A program made the position numbers and the translations under genes. Under the pieces are notes generated by a model, which had not been told where the DNA came from, made no database searches, and was given only the letters and a program-made list of their open reading frames with translations. Of a stretch of DNA of 54,426 nucleotides, positions 7,885 to 17,851 are shown piece by piece. Position 1 is the stretch's first letter, and the number at the start of each line of letters is the position of its first letter. This DNA is from a virus (lineage: Duplodnaviria > Caudoviricetes): positions 1 to 54,426 of the IMG/VR virus record IMGVR_UViG_3300042564_004473; one strand, written 5' to 3'.

Positions 7885-9693
7885 ATGAAATTATTAAATT
7901 TATTAAGTAAAAATATTATACTGGAGGTTTCTGAAAAAGTTAAGAACCAACTCCTTGCCAAATTTAAACCAACTACTGAAGATAGTGATGAAACTATTTT
8001 AAACAATATTGATATGTTCGACAGATACAAACAAGGTTTATCTGTTGATAATAGAGATATTATGAAATACTCGTACGAAGATTTGAAAAATCTTATACAA
8101 TCTAAAGAAACAACTAAAGGTTTAAATGATATTTTTACAGAATTTAAGAAAAAAGAAAAAGGTATTGAGAACAATAATTTAAAAAGATATATTAAAAAGT
8201 TTTTAGAGATTCAATCAGAACTTCCAAAGGACAAACAAAACATATTAAAATTTAATTTTTTAAATTTAGTTAAATTAGTTGACGATTTATATCCAAGATT
8301 ATTCGTTAAAAAAATGTTTGGGAAATATTCTAAAGAAAATCCTAATTTAACTCAAGACCAAATACTTTATTATCTTGATTCTTATTATGAAAATTTCGAT
8401 TTAATTCCTTTTGATACTAAAGGTGTTGATAAGATGTCTTTTAGTGAATTAGAACACCTTTTAGACGGTTTACAAGGTAAAAAAGAACAGTCTAATAAAA
8501 ATAAAGAAGATTTAAGTAATATTGACTTAAAATACAACGAAAATGGGTTAAAAATTTTCGCCCCAACAACTAAAGACCAATGTATCAGATTAAGAAACGG
8601 TAGAGGATGGTGTACAAGTCGTGAAGGTAGTGGAAATATGTACTATAACTACAGATTAGGTCACTCGAGAACACTTTATTATGTTATTGATGAAGATAAA
8701 GACTTTGATGATTTAAACTTCGCTACGGTTATTCTTGTTGACCCTAGTGGAAGAATGGCGATGGCGGATAAATCAAATACAGGTACATACGGTGGTAGTA
8801 CAAATATACCATTTAGTCAAATTGTATCAAAAGTACCAAAATTACAAGGTTTGGAATACATTTTTGAACCGAAACCACTTACTCAAGAAGAAAAACAATT
8901 AATTAATACTGTTAAAAATGCTAAAGTTGGAGACAATCCAATGGAATCGTTTAATACTCTTCAAGAAGTTGAGATGTGGTTAGAGTATAACAGTCCAAAA
9001 TTAACTGATATTCAATACTCAAACATTACTTCTGAACTTAAAAAGAAATATATTGCCTTAGGTATGGATTTAAGTTCAAATATGATTAAATCATCAGAAC
9101 CTGAAGTTTTAAGATATTATATCTCTAAAAAAATTGATAGTATTAAATCTAAGGGGATTAATAATCTTACTACCGAAGACATTGCATTACTTAATACACC
9201 GATATTAAAGAAGGTAAAAGAAGAATTTAAACCAAAATTTGCAAAAGAATTAACTTCTGGTGGAGGAACTAAAGTTGAAATCGAATACCCTACTGGTAAT
9301 TCATCTAAATTTGTTGCTTTATATGGTTTTGAAGACTTGTTTGATAGTTTACCTGATAATATGACTAACTTCTTATTTAACAATAAATCAAAGACAGAAG
9401 TTAATTTAGAATTACCATCATCAATTTCAAGATTTCAAGATTTGGAGGCTTTATTATTAATGAATTGTGTTAGTTCTATTCCTGAAAATATTGGAGATTT
9501 AAAAAATCTTAATTTCTTAGCGTTACCTGATAATACTAATTTAACTTCATTACCTTCGTCAATATTAGACCTACCTAGTTTACTATTCATTAATTTAAAA
9601 GGTAGTAATCCTATGTTACCTGAAGGATTTAATGATAGATTCTCTGAAGAGGGTGGTAAAGGAAGTGGATTCTTTACTAGAAAAATGGGTTAA
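7885..9693 (+). CDS. WCT-motif domain protein with C-terminal leucine-rich repeats
   Basis: GWCTS..YYNY..LYYVID; LRRs LPSSISRFQDLEALLL, IPENIGDLKNLNFLAL, LPSSILDLPSLLFINL. Confidence 0.8.
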   Translation: MKLLNLLSKNIILEVSEKVKNQLLAKFKPTTEDSDETILNNIDMFDRYKQGLSVDNRDIMKYSYEDLKNLIQSKETTKGLNDIFTEFKKKEKGIENNNLKRYIKKFLEIQSELPKDKQNILKFNFLNLVKLVDDLYPRLFVKKMFGKYSKENPNLTQDQILYYLDSYYENFDLIPFDTKGVDKMSFSELEHLLDGLQGKKEQSNKNKEDLSNIDLKYNENGLKIFAPTTKDQCIRLRNGRGWCTSREGSGNMYYNYRLGHSRTLYYVIDEDKDFDDLNFATVILVDPSGRMAMADKSNTGTYGGSTNIPFSQIVSKVPKLQGLEYIFEPKPLTQEEKQLINTVKNAKVGDNPMESFNTLQEVEMWLEYNSPKLTDIQYSNITSELKKKYIALGMDLSSNMIKSSEPEVLRYYISKKIDSIKSKGINNLTTEDIALLNTPILKKVKEEFKPKFAKELTSGGGTKVEIEYPTGNSSKFVALYGFEDLFDSLPDNMTNFLFNNKSKTEVNLELPSSISRFQDLEALLLMNCVSSIPENIGDLKNLNFLALPDNTNLTSLPSSILDLPSLLFINLKGSNPMLPEGFNDRFSEEGGKGSGFFTRKMG

Positions 9694-9959
9694 AGAACGT
9701 CTAAGGTATTAACTTTAGTAATATCATTATTGATACCGGTGTATTTCCACCCCTCATCTATTAATATATTTAAACCTGTTGGAAATATATCTACAGAATC
9801 ATCAATTTCGGTTGCAAAAACTTTTGAATGAATTACATAGGATTTAGCGTTAGTAGAATAAGTCACTGATTCTATAACAATCTTACTACCCTTACCGAAC
9901 ATAAGTTCCATCTCATCTTTTTGGATTACGTTAATTAAATGTTCGAGCATTTTTTTCAT
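9690..9959 (-). CDS. Hypothetical protein
   Basis: 89-aa ORF converging on 7885. Confidence 0.65.
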   Translation of the reverse strand: MKKMLEHLINVIQKDEMELMFGKGSKIVIESVTYSTNAKSYVIHSKVFATEIDDSVDIFPTGLNILIDEGWKYTGINNDITKVNTLDVL

Positions 9960-10002
9960 CTTAGATAATTATAGTTATATTTGCAAATAAAGTATATTTC
10001 AT

Positions 10003-10314
10003 ATGAGAAAGTTAATAATTACAGAAGAAGAAAAAGAAGAGATTCTTAATAAATACGATAACACTACTGATAATAAGTTGTTAACTCACTTAAAACGACA
10101 TTTTCCTATTAATGTTTTCAGTGTTGAGGGGTTTTCCAGACCATTTAGAAGAATACAAATTAATGGTAAAGAAAAAAGTTTAGATGATAATAAGAAATAC
10201 TTAGTTAATAGAATAGTTGATTCCGTTGAAGACGAATTTCCAAATTTAGATAAAAATATTATGAGAAGAACCATTAAATATTATATCGATATTAGTAGGA
10301 CACTTGATAGTTAA
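10003..10314 (+). CDS. Hypothetical protein with ITEEEKEEIL leader
   Basis: 103-aa ORF. Confidence 0.7.
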   Translation: MRKLIITEEEKEEILNKYDNTTDNKLLTHLKRHFPINVFSVEGFSRPFRRIQINGKEKSLDDNKKYLVNRIVDSVEDEFPNLDKNIMRRTIKYYIDISRTLDS

Positions 10315-10338
10315 TTATTTAACTTGTATATTTTAATT

Positions 10339-10557
10339 ATGATTTATTTAAGTATTATTTTAACAATTATTTGTTTGATATTATTAACTTTTTTAGTTTG
10401 TGCCGTAGTTCTAATCAAGAAATATGGTGGTAAAATGTCTAATTTTACTAAAAATAACCCCATTTCAGGTAGTTTTCCACCAATTGGTGACTCAAAACAG
10501 ATGGAAGAATCAATGAAAATGATATCAAACTTAATGAAAAACTTCGGTAAAAAGTAA
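10339..10557 (+). CDS. Small single-TM membrane protein
   Basis: Hydrophobic N-terminus; ATG at 10339. Confidence 0.6.
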   Translation: MIYLSIILTIICLILLTFLVCAVVLIKKYGGKMSNFTKNNPISGSFPPIGDSKQMEESMKMISNLMKNFGKK

Positions 10558-10560
10558 CAA

Positions 10561-10585
10561 AAAAACCCCAAAATAGGGGTTTTTT
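10561..10585. terminator. Bidirectional terminator
   Basis: AAAAACCCC/GGGGTTTTT between converging genes. Confidence 0.7.
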
Positions 10586-10615
10586 GTGGTAAATATTATA
10601 TATTTGGTAAGAAAA

Positions 10616-11194
10616 TTAGAGAGTTTTACCAAATAAAGATTGTAGTCTAATTAAAGATTCGGTAACAGGTTCTTTACCATTGACACCTTTATTTAAAAGT
10701 TTATTTATCTCTTCGTCAGATATCATATCATCAGGATTTGGAAACGATGTCCCTAATTTCCAAGGAACAGGTTTACCATTAATTTCTTGAATCATTACCA
10801 TATAGTAAGAGTCTGTTGGAAATGCACCAACAGGAGTTGTTACAGCATATAACTCACCTTCGTCACAATATTCGGAAACCCATCTACCGATTCTTAATAT
10901 TTCATTATCGGTTAGGTTGGGATAATCAAGGATTAAATTTGCAGTTAAATTAACATTCGAGTAACCAGGGTATGAATTGTCAACTTCGAAATCTAATATA
11001 TAAAAATTAAATTTGTGTTTTACACCTTTATCTCCTATAATCTGTAAAGAACTTTTAAACTTGGTATCGATAAAATCTTTTAATTCGTTATTTGTTTTAG
11101 ACAGGTTGAGTAAATTAGTCATACCTCCAAAATACTTTGAAGCGTCAAAGACACTGTCTTGTTTTTTAATAAAATCTATAATTTCGTTGGACAT
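10616..11194 (-). CDS. Hypothetical protein
   Basis: 192-aa ORF; C-terminal VTESLIRLQSLF leader-like motif. Confidence 0.7.
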   Translation of the reverse strand: MSNEIIDFIKKQDSVFDASKYFGGMTNLLNLSKTNNELKDFIDTKFKSSLQIIGDKGVKHKFNFYILDFEVDNSYPGYSNVNLTANLILDYPNLTDNEILRIGRWVSEYCDEGELYAVTTPVGAFPTDSYYMVMIQEINGKPVPWKLGTSFPNPDDMISDEEINKLLNKGVNGKEPVTESLIRLQSLFGKTL

Positions 11195-11303
11195 ATTTAG
11201 ATAAATGTTTTATTTATTAATAAATAGTCTTAATATATAACTGGTGATATTTTATTTTAAAATATTACAAAATAACGAAGTATTTATAGGTAATAAATTT
11301 ATT

Positions 11304-12320
11304 ATGAAAAAAATTATAAAATTAAACGAGTCAGACTTACGAAGAATTGTATCTCGTGTAATTAATGAGCATGATAGTAATATAGTCGAACCGACAGGAC
11401 AGTATTATACTCTTGGTGGTTTTTATTTTTATGTTGATGGTGGTAAGATGTGTTTAGCCGACAAATCAAATGGGGAATTATCTCCTAACTTATCTGTTGA
11501 ATTTCCATCCACAACTGAATTATCTGCCGAGTGGACGCAAAAAACACAAGAAGTTGATGACGAGAATATTAAAGGGAAAGAGTTGTCAGGATTGGCATTC
11601 GACCCTAAAATGAAAAATGCGATTAATTACGGTAAGTATATCTACGGAAAAAACCAAGCAATTGTGAACTTTGGTAGTATGATACCTGTATTATTTTTCT
11701 CAACAAAATACAACGCACCTACATTAGGAGGAGTTGTTGTTGGAACTGAGTTTCCTCAAGGTGTTGAGGGTAAATTAAACCTTATCGACGCTAAACCAGG
11801 TAATAAAATCTTTTTCCAACAATCCGCATTTAAACACGGTAAAGAATATGGTATTAGATTGGAAGTTTCAATGCACGGACAACCTATATCGTTAAAAGAT
11901 TTTGGTATTAGTCAAAATATGATGAAATTACCAAAAACATATAACATTGGTGATTTCTTTGCTGAAAACAGTGCAACACCTCATAACTTACATACAGCGT
12001 CATTTGTTGATACAATTAAAAACTTCATTAAAGATGGTGGTAAAATAAACCGTATTATGGTTAACGCATCCACATCTAAAATGCCGGCAGGGCACGTTGA
12101 TAATAACACATCAAATTCTAAATGGTCCGATGTTATGGATTATGATGATATGGTTGTTGGTAACAATGATGATGGGACAGGTAATTTACAATTATGTAAA
12201 GCGAAAGCTCATAACACATATAATGAATTAAAGAAAGCAATTCCTGAATTGGTAAGTGCCCCTTTCGTATTGAAAGCTGCAGGACCACTTGGGGAATATG
12301 TTCATATAAAATTTGAATAA
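11304..12320 (+). CDS. Leader-bearing protein, possible degenerate OmpA-like C-terminal domain
   Basis: MKKIIKLNESDLRRIV..INE; C-terminal IMVNASTS...NLQLCKAKAHNTYNEL resembles the OmpA_C N-x2-LS-x2-RA helix. Confidence 0.6.
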   Translation: MKKIIKLNESDLRRIVSRVINEHDSNIVEPTGQYYTLGGFYFYVDGGKMCLADKSNGELSPNLSVEFPSTTELSAEWTQKTQEVDDENIKGKELSGLAFDPKMKNAINYGKYIYGKNQAIVNFGSMIPVLFFSTKYNAPTLGGVVVGTEFPQGVEGKLNLIDAKPGNKIFFQQSAFKHGKEYGIRLEVSMHGQPISLKDFGISQNMMKLPKTYNIGDFFAENSATPHNLHTASFVDTIKNFIKDGGKINRIMVNASTSKMPAGHVDNNTSNSKWSDVMDYDDMVVGNNDDGTGNLQLCKAKAHNTYNELKKAIPELVSAPFVLKAAGPLGEYVHIKFE

Positions 12321-12357
12321 TAAAATAAATAATAAAAAAAAGTAAAAAAAAAATAAA

Positions 12358-12921
12358 ATGGCAACAGGTAGAAAAGTTTCATTTACTAATACTGGAGATA
12401 CTGTAGTTTATTTGAACTATCAAAGACTTAGTGACGGAATGTTAGAAAATGAAGTAGAATTAAATCCAAATGAAAAAAAAACAATTTGGTACGTTGACGG
12501 GACATTCTCAACGGATATAGTAAACCCACCTATCGTGGAATCAGATAATAGTGTTTGGCCACCTATACCACTAACACCATCAAATACTCCAACTCCAACG
12601 GTAACACCAACACAAACACCGACAAACACACCAACCCCAACACAAACACCAACAAATACACCAACTCCAACAAATACACCAACAAATACACCAACTCCAA
12701 CAAATACACCAACTCCAACAAATACACCAACAAATACACCAACAAATACACCAACAGTAACACCAACAAATACACCAACAAATACACCAACAAATACACC
12801 AACAAATACACCAACAAATACACCAACAAATACACCAACAAATACACCAACAAATACACCAACAGTAACACCAACAGTAACACCAACTCGTACACCAACA
12901 CCAACTCCTACAGTACCATAA
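12358..12921 (+). CDS. Protein with long Thr-Pro (TPTN) C-terminal tail
   Basis: About 70-aa globular N-terminus then ([12 protein letters not shown])n. Confidence 0.8.
   Translation: MATGRKVSFTNTGDTVVYLNYQRLSDGMLENEVELNPNEKKTIWYVDGTFSTDIVNPPIVESDNSVWPPIPLTPSNTPTPTVTPTQTPTNTPTPTQTPTNTPTPTNTPTNTPTPTNTPTPTNTPTNTPTNTPTVTPTNTPTNTPTNTPTNTPTNTPTNTPTNTPTNTPTVTPTVTPTRTPTPTPTVP
12586..12918 (+). repeat. Coding tandem repeat, 12-nt unit ACACCAACAAAT and variants
   Basis: Directly visible. Confidence 0.9.
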
Positions 12922-13059
12922 GTTATAATTTAATTAATAATACTTTAAATAATATCAAGGTATAAAGAAAAATACTAAAAAATATGTAGAACAAGGAAGA
13001 TGAAAATTTTCCTTGTTTTTTTAATTTGACAGAATAAAAAAAATGTTTTATATTTGAAT

Positions 13060-13358
13060 TATTGAACGGAGGGATTTTTATTCAAGGGTTTTCAGTTACT
13101 ACACCCGCAGATTTTGTTACACCTCTTAAAACTAAAAAACAAAACGAAAAAAAAGTGATAAGGTTAACAGGTTGGAACTACCTTAACTATAACCTAGTGT
13201 ACACTAAATAAGTTTAAATTTGCCAAGTTTTTTACTAACTTTATTTCTTTAAAAAAGTTGTGGATGTTCAATCCCCACAGGTCTCAGAAGTCCTAAGTAA
13301 AAATTCTAACAAATCCCCGACGGGGGAGTACATAGGGAGACGACAGTCTCCCTTTTTT
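13060..13358 (+). ncRNA. Candidate ~300-nt non-coding transcript
   Basis: TTTG at 13025 and TATATTTG at 13049, no substantial ORF, terminator at 13334-13358. Confidence 0.35.
13334..13358 (+). terminator. Intrinsic terminator
   Basis: AGGGAGAC/GTCTCCCT plus T tract. Confidence 0.75.
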
Positions 13359-13396
13359 GGTTTAATAGATATTTATTGATATAAAAATACCAAGAT

Positions 13397-13642
13397 ATGA
13401 AAGAAATATTATTTGACGAAACTGGAAAAGTATCTATGAAAAGAGTTTGCGGATTTTTGTGTACTGTGGCACTTTGTGTGACTATGTATCATAACTCATT
13501 TTCACCTGAGGACCAAGCTCCATCACCTGTGTTAGTTAATGCTGTTGCATTATTAGCATTTGGTTGTTTAGGTTTATCATCTTTTGATAAATTTACTGCT
13601 ATGAAAAAAGATGTTGCGATTGGAACTAAAGATGAAGAGTAA
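13397..13642 (+). CDS. Small two-TM membrane protein (holin-like topology)
   Basis: SMKRVCGFLCTVALCV and LVNAVALLAFGCLGL segments, charged C-terminus. Confidence 0.6.
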   Translation: MKEILFDETGKVSMKRVCGFLCTVALCVTMYHNSFSPEDQAPSPVLVNAVALLAFGCLGLSSFDKFTAMKKDVAIGTKDEE

Positions 13643-13663
13643 TCCTTTTTAAGATTTAAATTG

Positions 13664-13690
13664 AAATCCCCTACTCAAATAGGGGATTTT
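13664..13690 (+). terminator. Intrinsic terminator
   Basis: AAATCCCCTA/TAGGGGATTT. Confidence 0.7.
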
Positions 13691-13727
13691 GTTTTTTTAA
13701 GGTATTTATAATAACAAAATAATATTA

Positions 13728-15017
13728 ATGAAGGTATTAGTTACATTAGAACAAATTAAAAAGTCGTTACCATATTTAATTTTAACGGAAAACGATACAA
13801 TCGATTTAACAAAAAATATTGATATATCTTCAAATCCGTCTTTGAAGAAATTAAAAAATGATGCAGTAACAATAGGTTTACAACATAATAAAGGTACTAA
13901 AACCAGAGAAAGAGGTTTAGAGTTAAAAAAAATGTTATCGTCAATCGAAGGATTAGAAGATAAAGAAACATTTGAAAAATACTTTCAAAAAATTGCCGAG
14001 TTAATTTCTAAATACAAATCTAAAACAATTGCTATTAAAAAATTGGCAGAAATTGTTTATGATTTAGCTCAAAAAGATATTAATGTTGCAAAACAACAGA
14101 TTGAAGATATTATTAAAATTTTTGAAGACCCAAGATTTGCCGACAAACATAAAAATAGATTAATAAAAATATTAACTGACAGAGGTAATGTTGATTTAGA
14201 TAATTTTTATAATGAAACCAAAAGAGCCTATGCGGATTACGAAAATTCATTTGCGGAAGGAGAAAGTAGTCCATTTAGTATTTATAGGACTTCACCACAA
14301 TTAAAAGTGTTATTGTCAAAAGATTATTCATATAATAATATGGTGATATCTGCAAGAGAATTTAATAGTCAAGACTCAGATATTTCAAAAGTTTTATATC
14401 TTATTGAAAAACTAATATCTGTTAAAATATATGGTGATGCTAATGATATTATATCTAAAATAATTTCATCTTTGTCTTTCGCATTTAATTTTAATTATTC
14501 TCCTGAAAATGTTAAAGCGGATTTAATACTTAGAGATTCATTAATCTATGAAGATAGAATTACTAAAAAAGTAGTACGAATTGCTCAAAAAGGAGGATTA
14601 GTGGAAATTAAATATAAACCGTTTAAGGAACCAAGTTATCTTTCAGAGTTTTTTAAAATTGACGCGTCAAATGTTAACTACTCATTAATTATTGAAGGAT
14701 TATCAAAAATTCCAAAAATTACAGATGTTAAAACTGCGTTTAAAGTTTTTATGTCAAGCCTTATTGGAAACCTTAAAAAAACTATGGTAACGACTGATGG
14801 TGAAAAAATTATAGAACATTTAACGAATAACCTATCAGGTATTATTTTTAAAGATAATATTTTTATACCAAAAAGTGATATAAGTTTTTATTGGAATTCT
14901 GTTGGATACGCAAACAGAGATAGGTTATCGATATGGTATAAAGTTTCAGGAAATCCTACAATCTATAAAATATCCTCAACATCACAAGGATTCTCAAGAT
15001 ACGTGTTTAAACCTTAA
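13728..15017 (+). CDS. Hypothetical protein with leader-like N-terminus
   Basis: 429-aa ORF, MKVLVTLEQI..LTEN. Confidence 0.75.
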   Translation: MKVLVTLEQIKKSLPYLILTENDTIDLTKNIDISSNPSLKKLKNDAVTIGLQHNKGTKTRERGLELKKMLSSIEGLEDKETFEKYFQKIAELISKYKSKTIAIKKLAEIVYDLAQKDINVAKQQIEDIIKIFEDPRFADKHKNRLIKILTDRGNVDLDNFYNETKRAYADYENSFAEGESSPFSIYRTSPQLKVLLSKDYSYNNMVISAREFNSQDSDISKVLYLIEKLISVKIYGDANDIISKIISSLSFAFNFNYSPENVKADLILRDSLIYEDRITKKVVRIAQKGGLVEIKYKPFKEPSYLSEFFKIDASNVNYSLIIEGLSKIPKITDVKTAFKVFMSSLIGNLKKTMVTTDGEKIIEHLTNNLSGIIFKDNIFIPKSDISFYWNSVGYANRDRLSIWYKVSGNPTIYKISSTSQGFSRYVFKP

Positions 15018-15070
15018 AATATTTAATAATCCCCTTTGATTTAAGAAGGGATTTTTATTATATTTTAATT

Positions 15071-15484
15071 ATGGAATTATTAAACACTCACCCAATCAAA
15101 AAATCAGACTTAGGATTTCACGGAAACCTCTTCGGTGGAAAATTACTCGCTTGGATAGATTCTGCGGCTGCGGGATATTCTATGCAACTTTGTGATTCAC
15201 CAAGAATGGTGACTGTGTCAATTGATAAATGTTTTTTTGAAAAACCGGCAAAAGAAGGACAACTACTAAAAATATACGGATACCCGACTAAATTAGGTAC
15301 CACATCAATTGTTTTATATATGGAGGCAAGAGCGCATAACGTATATACAGGTAATCAAATTGTAGTGTTAAAAACCAATATAAGATTTGTCAGAATTGAT
15401 GAGGAAGGAAATCCAATCCCAATTAATGAGAAAGGAAGAAACCGAATAGCAAAATTAATTCAAGAAAATATGATAACAGAATAA
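15071..15484 (+). CDS. Acyl-CoA thioesterase (hotdog fold, YciA-like)
   Basis: DLGFHGNLFGGKLLAWIDSAA, MVTVSID, FVRIDEEGNP. Confidence 0.85.
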   Translation: MELLNTHPIKKSDLGFHGNLFGGKLLAWIDSAAAGYSMQLCDSPRMVTVSIDKCFFEKPAKEGQLLKIYGYPTKLGTTSIVLYMEARAHNVYTGNQIVVLKTNIRFVRIDEEGNPIPINEKGRNRIAKLIQENMITE

Positions 15485-15505
15485 TAATTTTATTATATTT
15501 GCAAA

Positions 15506-15652
15506 ATGAAAATAAATTTAATGAAAATTGGTTTAACAACATTAGGACTAAGTATTGTGGGTCTTATTGTGGGTACATCATTAGTATTATTAATGGGTTG
15601 TTTCTATATTGCCAAATGGATTTGTTTAAAACTTTGGAGTGTTCTGTTTTAA
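15506..15652 (+). CDS. 48-aa hydrophobic membrane peptide
   Basis: Hand-translated MKINLMKIGLTTLGLSIVGLIVGTSLVLLMGCFYIAKWICLKLWSVLF; TATATTTG 4 nt upstream. Confidence 0.55.
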   Translation: MKINLMKIGLTTLGLSIVGLIVGTSLVLLMGCFYIAKWICLKLWSVLF

Positions 15653-15654
15653 TA

Positions 15655-15747
15655 AATAAAAAAGGGGAGTAGCGAATTCCCCTCTTCCTTGTTACCGAAA
15701 ACGATAACGGTCCTAAAAGTCCCCAATTTAATGAGGCGGCTATTTCA
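15655..15747 (-). ncRNA. Candidate small three-hairpin RNA
   Basis: GC-rich island after ATATTTAT; stems CCTCA/TGGGG, GTTATCG/CGGTAAC, AGGGGA/TCCCCT plus U tract. Confidence 0.5.
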
Positions 15748-15808
15748 TTATAAATATTTAAAACTTGATAAGATAAAAAATAAAATTTATATTTAAACAA
15801 AAAATACG

Positions 15809-16750
15809 ATGGGAAAAATAGATGAGTTAAAAAAACAAAATCCTAATTTTAATATTAATATAATCGATATTATCAATGACATTTATGGGAAATCAAAATA
15901 TACCGAAATGGTGGTTAATTTAATCAAAAATAAGTATAATAAACGTAATAATGATAATAACTATTCCGACATTTATAGAGAGTTAGTTAGAGAATTTAAG
16001 TTAAATCCTGATAAACTTATTACTAAAAATTATTTTGATTTAGTTAATATGATTAGAGTTTTAAGTGAATATATCGGATATAATGAATCTAAAACTATTG
16101 AAAAATTTATTGAACTTAACGATAGAAATTTAATTGTGCAAAACGATTTAACATCATATAAAACATTTGAAGAGTTAGAATTACAAATATCTTTATCCGA
16201 TTTAAAGACTGTTGACAAAGAATTGGAAAAACAAGTTTTAAAATTGTTAGAGACAGATGAGTGGTTAGTTTTAAAACCATTGTCGTATCAAGCGTCAGTA
16301 AAATATGGTTCAGGTACTAAATGGTGTACATCATCTAAAAATGAATCGGAATATTACTTTAGATATAGTAAGAGAGGTATTTTAATTTATTATATTAATA
16401 AAAAAACTGGAGATAAAGTTGCGGGTTTTAAAAATCTTGATTTATCGTATGACAAAGAAACATCATTTTGGACAATAATTGATTTAAGAACTGATTCAAT
16501 TGATTGTGATTTACCTGAAGATGTTATGAATATTTTTAAAGAAGAATTTAAAAATACTAAAAAAACAAATTGGGAACTTTTATCTGATGATGAACGTAAT
16601 AAACAATTAATACAACAAGAAAGTTTGAATAATAAATATAATGTGGATATACATCCTACCGAGGGACACCCAACCGCCGAACTTAGAGTTACAAGAAGAG
16701 GTGATATTGTTTTAGATGAAGAAATTGATGTGAGTGATAGAAGAGCGTAG
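15809..16750 (+). CDS. WCT-motif domain protein
   Basis: EWLVLKPLSYQASVKYGSGTKWCTS; paralog of 51645. Confidence 0.75.
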   Translation: MGKIDELKKQNPNFNINIIDIINDIYGKSKYTEMVVNLIKNKYNKRNNDNNYSDIYRELVREFKLNPDKLITKNYFDLVNMIRVLSEYIGYNESKTIEKFIELNDRNLIVQNDLTSYKTFEELELQISLSDLKTVDKELEKQVLKLLETDEWLVLKPLSYQASVKYGSGTKWCTSSKNESEYYFRYSKRGILIYYINKKTGDKVAGFKNLDLSYDKETSFWTIIDLRTDSIDCDLPEDVMNIFKEEFKNTKKTNWELLSDDERNKQLIQQESLNNKYNVDIHPTEGHPTAELRVTRRGDIVLDEEIDVSDRRA

Positions 16751-16786
16751 ATACAAGAAAAAAAATAACCTTTGATTATTCAAGGG

Positions 16787-17560
16787 TTATTTTTTATTTT
16801 GAATTTCTTCTTTAAGAATTTTTTTAATCGTTAATTTTAAATTTCCTTCCTTAATATTTTTTGGGTATTCGGTATACGTTCCGTGATTAAATGTTGGGGT
16901 ATCGTAATTTTGATTAATTTTAAAAACACCATTTTCTTCCATATATTTCGGACTTAATTTTACACCTACACTACACACATCTGTATCATAATCACTACCA
17001 TCACTGAAGATATAATAACTTTTATCTTTATTACAATAAAATCCTTTTGAATTTGGTAGGGATACAACATTACCTGATTTAGACATATCAACATTTAAAA
17101 ACTTAATAAGTTTTGATGACAAATCTTTAATATTAGGAAATAAAGTAACAGTGTTATTATTTCCTAATAAAAGTTTAATAGACTTATTAACATCCAAGGG
17201 TTTTAAAAGTCCTTGAGTCATTTTATCTAAATTATTAATTTTTGATTGTCCTGATAACGATTTAGAATTTTTATTTGGAAGTGAATTATTAACGTCCGAT
17301 AGTCTTGAAATCCCTTGAGTCATTTTATCTAACGTATTAGTTTTTGTTTGTCCTAATGACGATTTAGACTTGGCATTCGGGAATGACTTATTTAACAAGT
17401 TAATTGCTATTTGGCTTTTAACTTTAGGATTTGTTTCAATATTAATCCAATTACTTGAACCTATTTTTTTTGCATTCCAAACACCGTTAATAACCGCATA
17501 TTCCCATTTATTATCATTTGGTAATTTTAAAATTTCTTGTTCGATAACTAATCTTTTCAT
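16787..17560 (-). CDS. Hypothetical protein with internal repeat
   Basis: LDKMTQG..DVN twice; C-terminal IKKILKEE. Confidence 0.7.
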   Translation of the reverse strand: MKRLVIEQEILKLPNDNKWEYAVINGVWNAKKIGSSNWINIETNPKVKSQIAINLLNKSFPNAKSKSSLGQTKTNTLDKMTQGISRLSDVNNSLPNKNSKSLSGQSKINNLDKMTQGLLKPLDVNKSIKLLLGNNNTVTLFPNIKDLSSKLIKFLNVDMSKSGNVVSLPNSKGFYCNKDKSYYIFSDGSDYDTDVCSVGVKLSPKYMEENGVFKINQNYDTPTFNHGTYTEYPKNIKEGNLKLTIKKILKEEIQNKK

Positions 17561-17632
17561 AATAATATAAATATACTAAATATGTTGATTTGATAGATTT
17601 GAAAGTTTATATTTCTATAATAAAGTATAATT

Positions 17633-17851
17633 ATGAAAAATTTGGTAATCTTAATGGTAATAGTAATTCGTATTTATTTTGTTTTCAAAGTAATTCAAGG
17701 ACTTTATTTTAGCCATTTTAACACTAATTATTCTTTAGATAACGTACAGTGGTACATTTACGCATTGGTTATTGATATTTATCTTGTTAAAATAATGGAC
17801 AATTCAAATCCGAATGATATTTATTTTGAAAAGAAAGGTAATGAAAAATAA
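17633..17851 (+). CDS. Small membrane protein
   Basis: Two hydrophobic segments. Confidence 0.55.
   Translation: MKNLVILMVIVIRIYFVFKVIQGLYFSHFNTNYSLDNVQWYIYALVIDIYLVKIMDNSNPNDIYFEKKGNEK

Noticed and set aside
12555-12965. NKYT-repeat and LLVY-repeat ORFs
   Set aside because: Alternate-frame products of the 12-nt TPTN repeat.
13255-13290. tmRNA or tRNA 3' end (GTTCAATCCCCAC)
   Set aside because: No matching acceptor stem, CCA or tag reading frame found.
15564-15800. 78-aa minus-strand ORF
   Set aside because: TTG start, crosses a terminator hairpin and overlaps a better plus-strand peptide.
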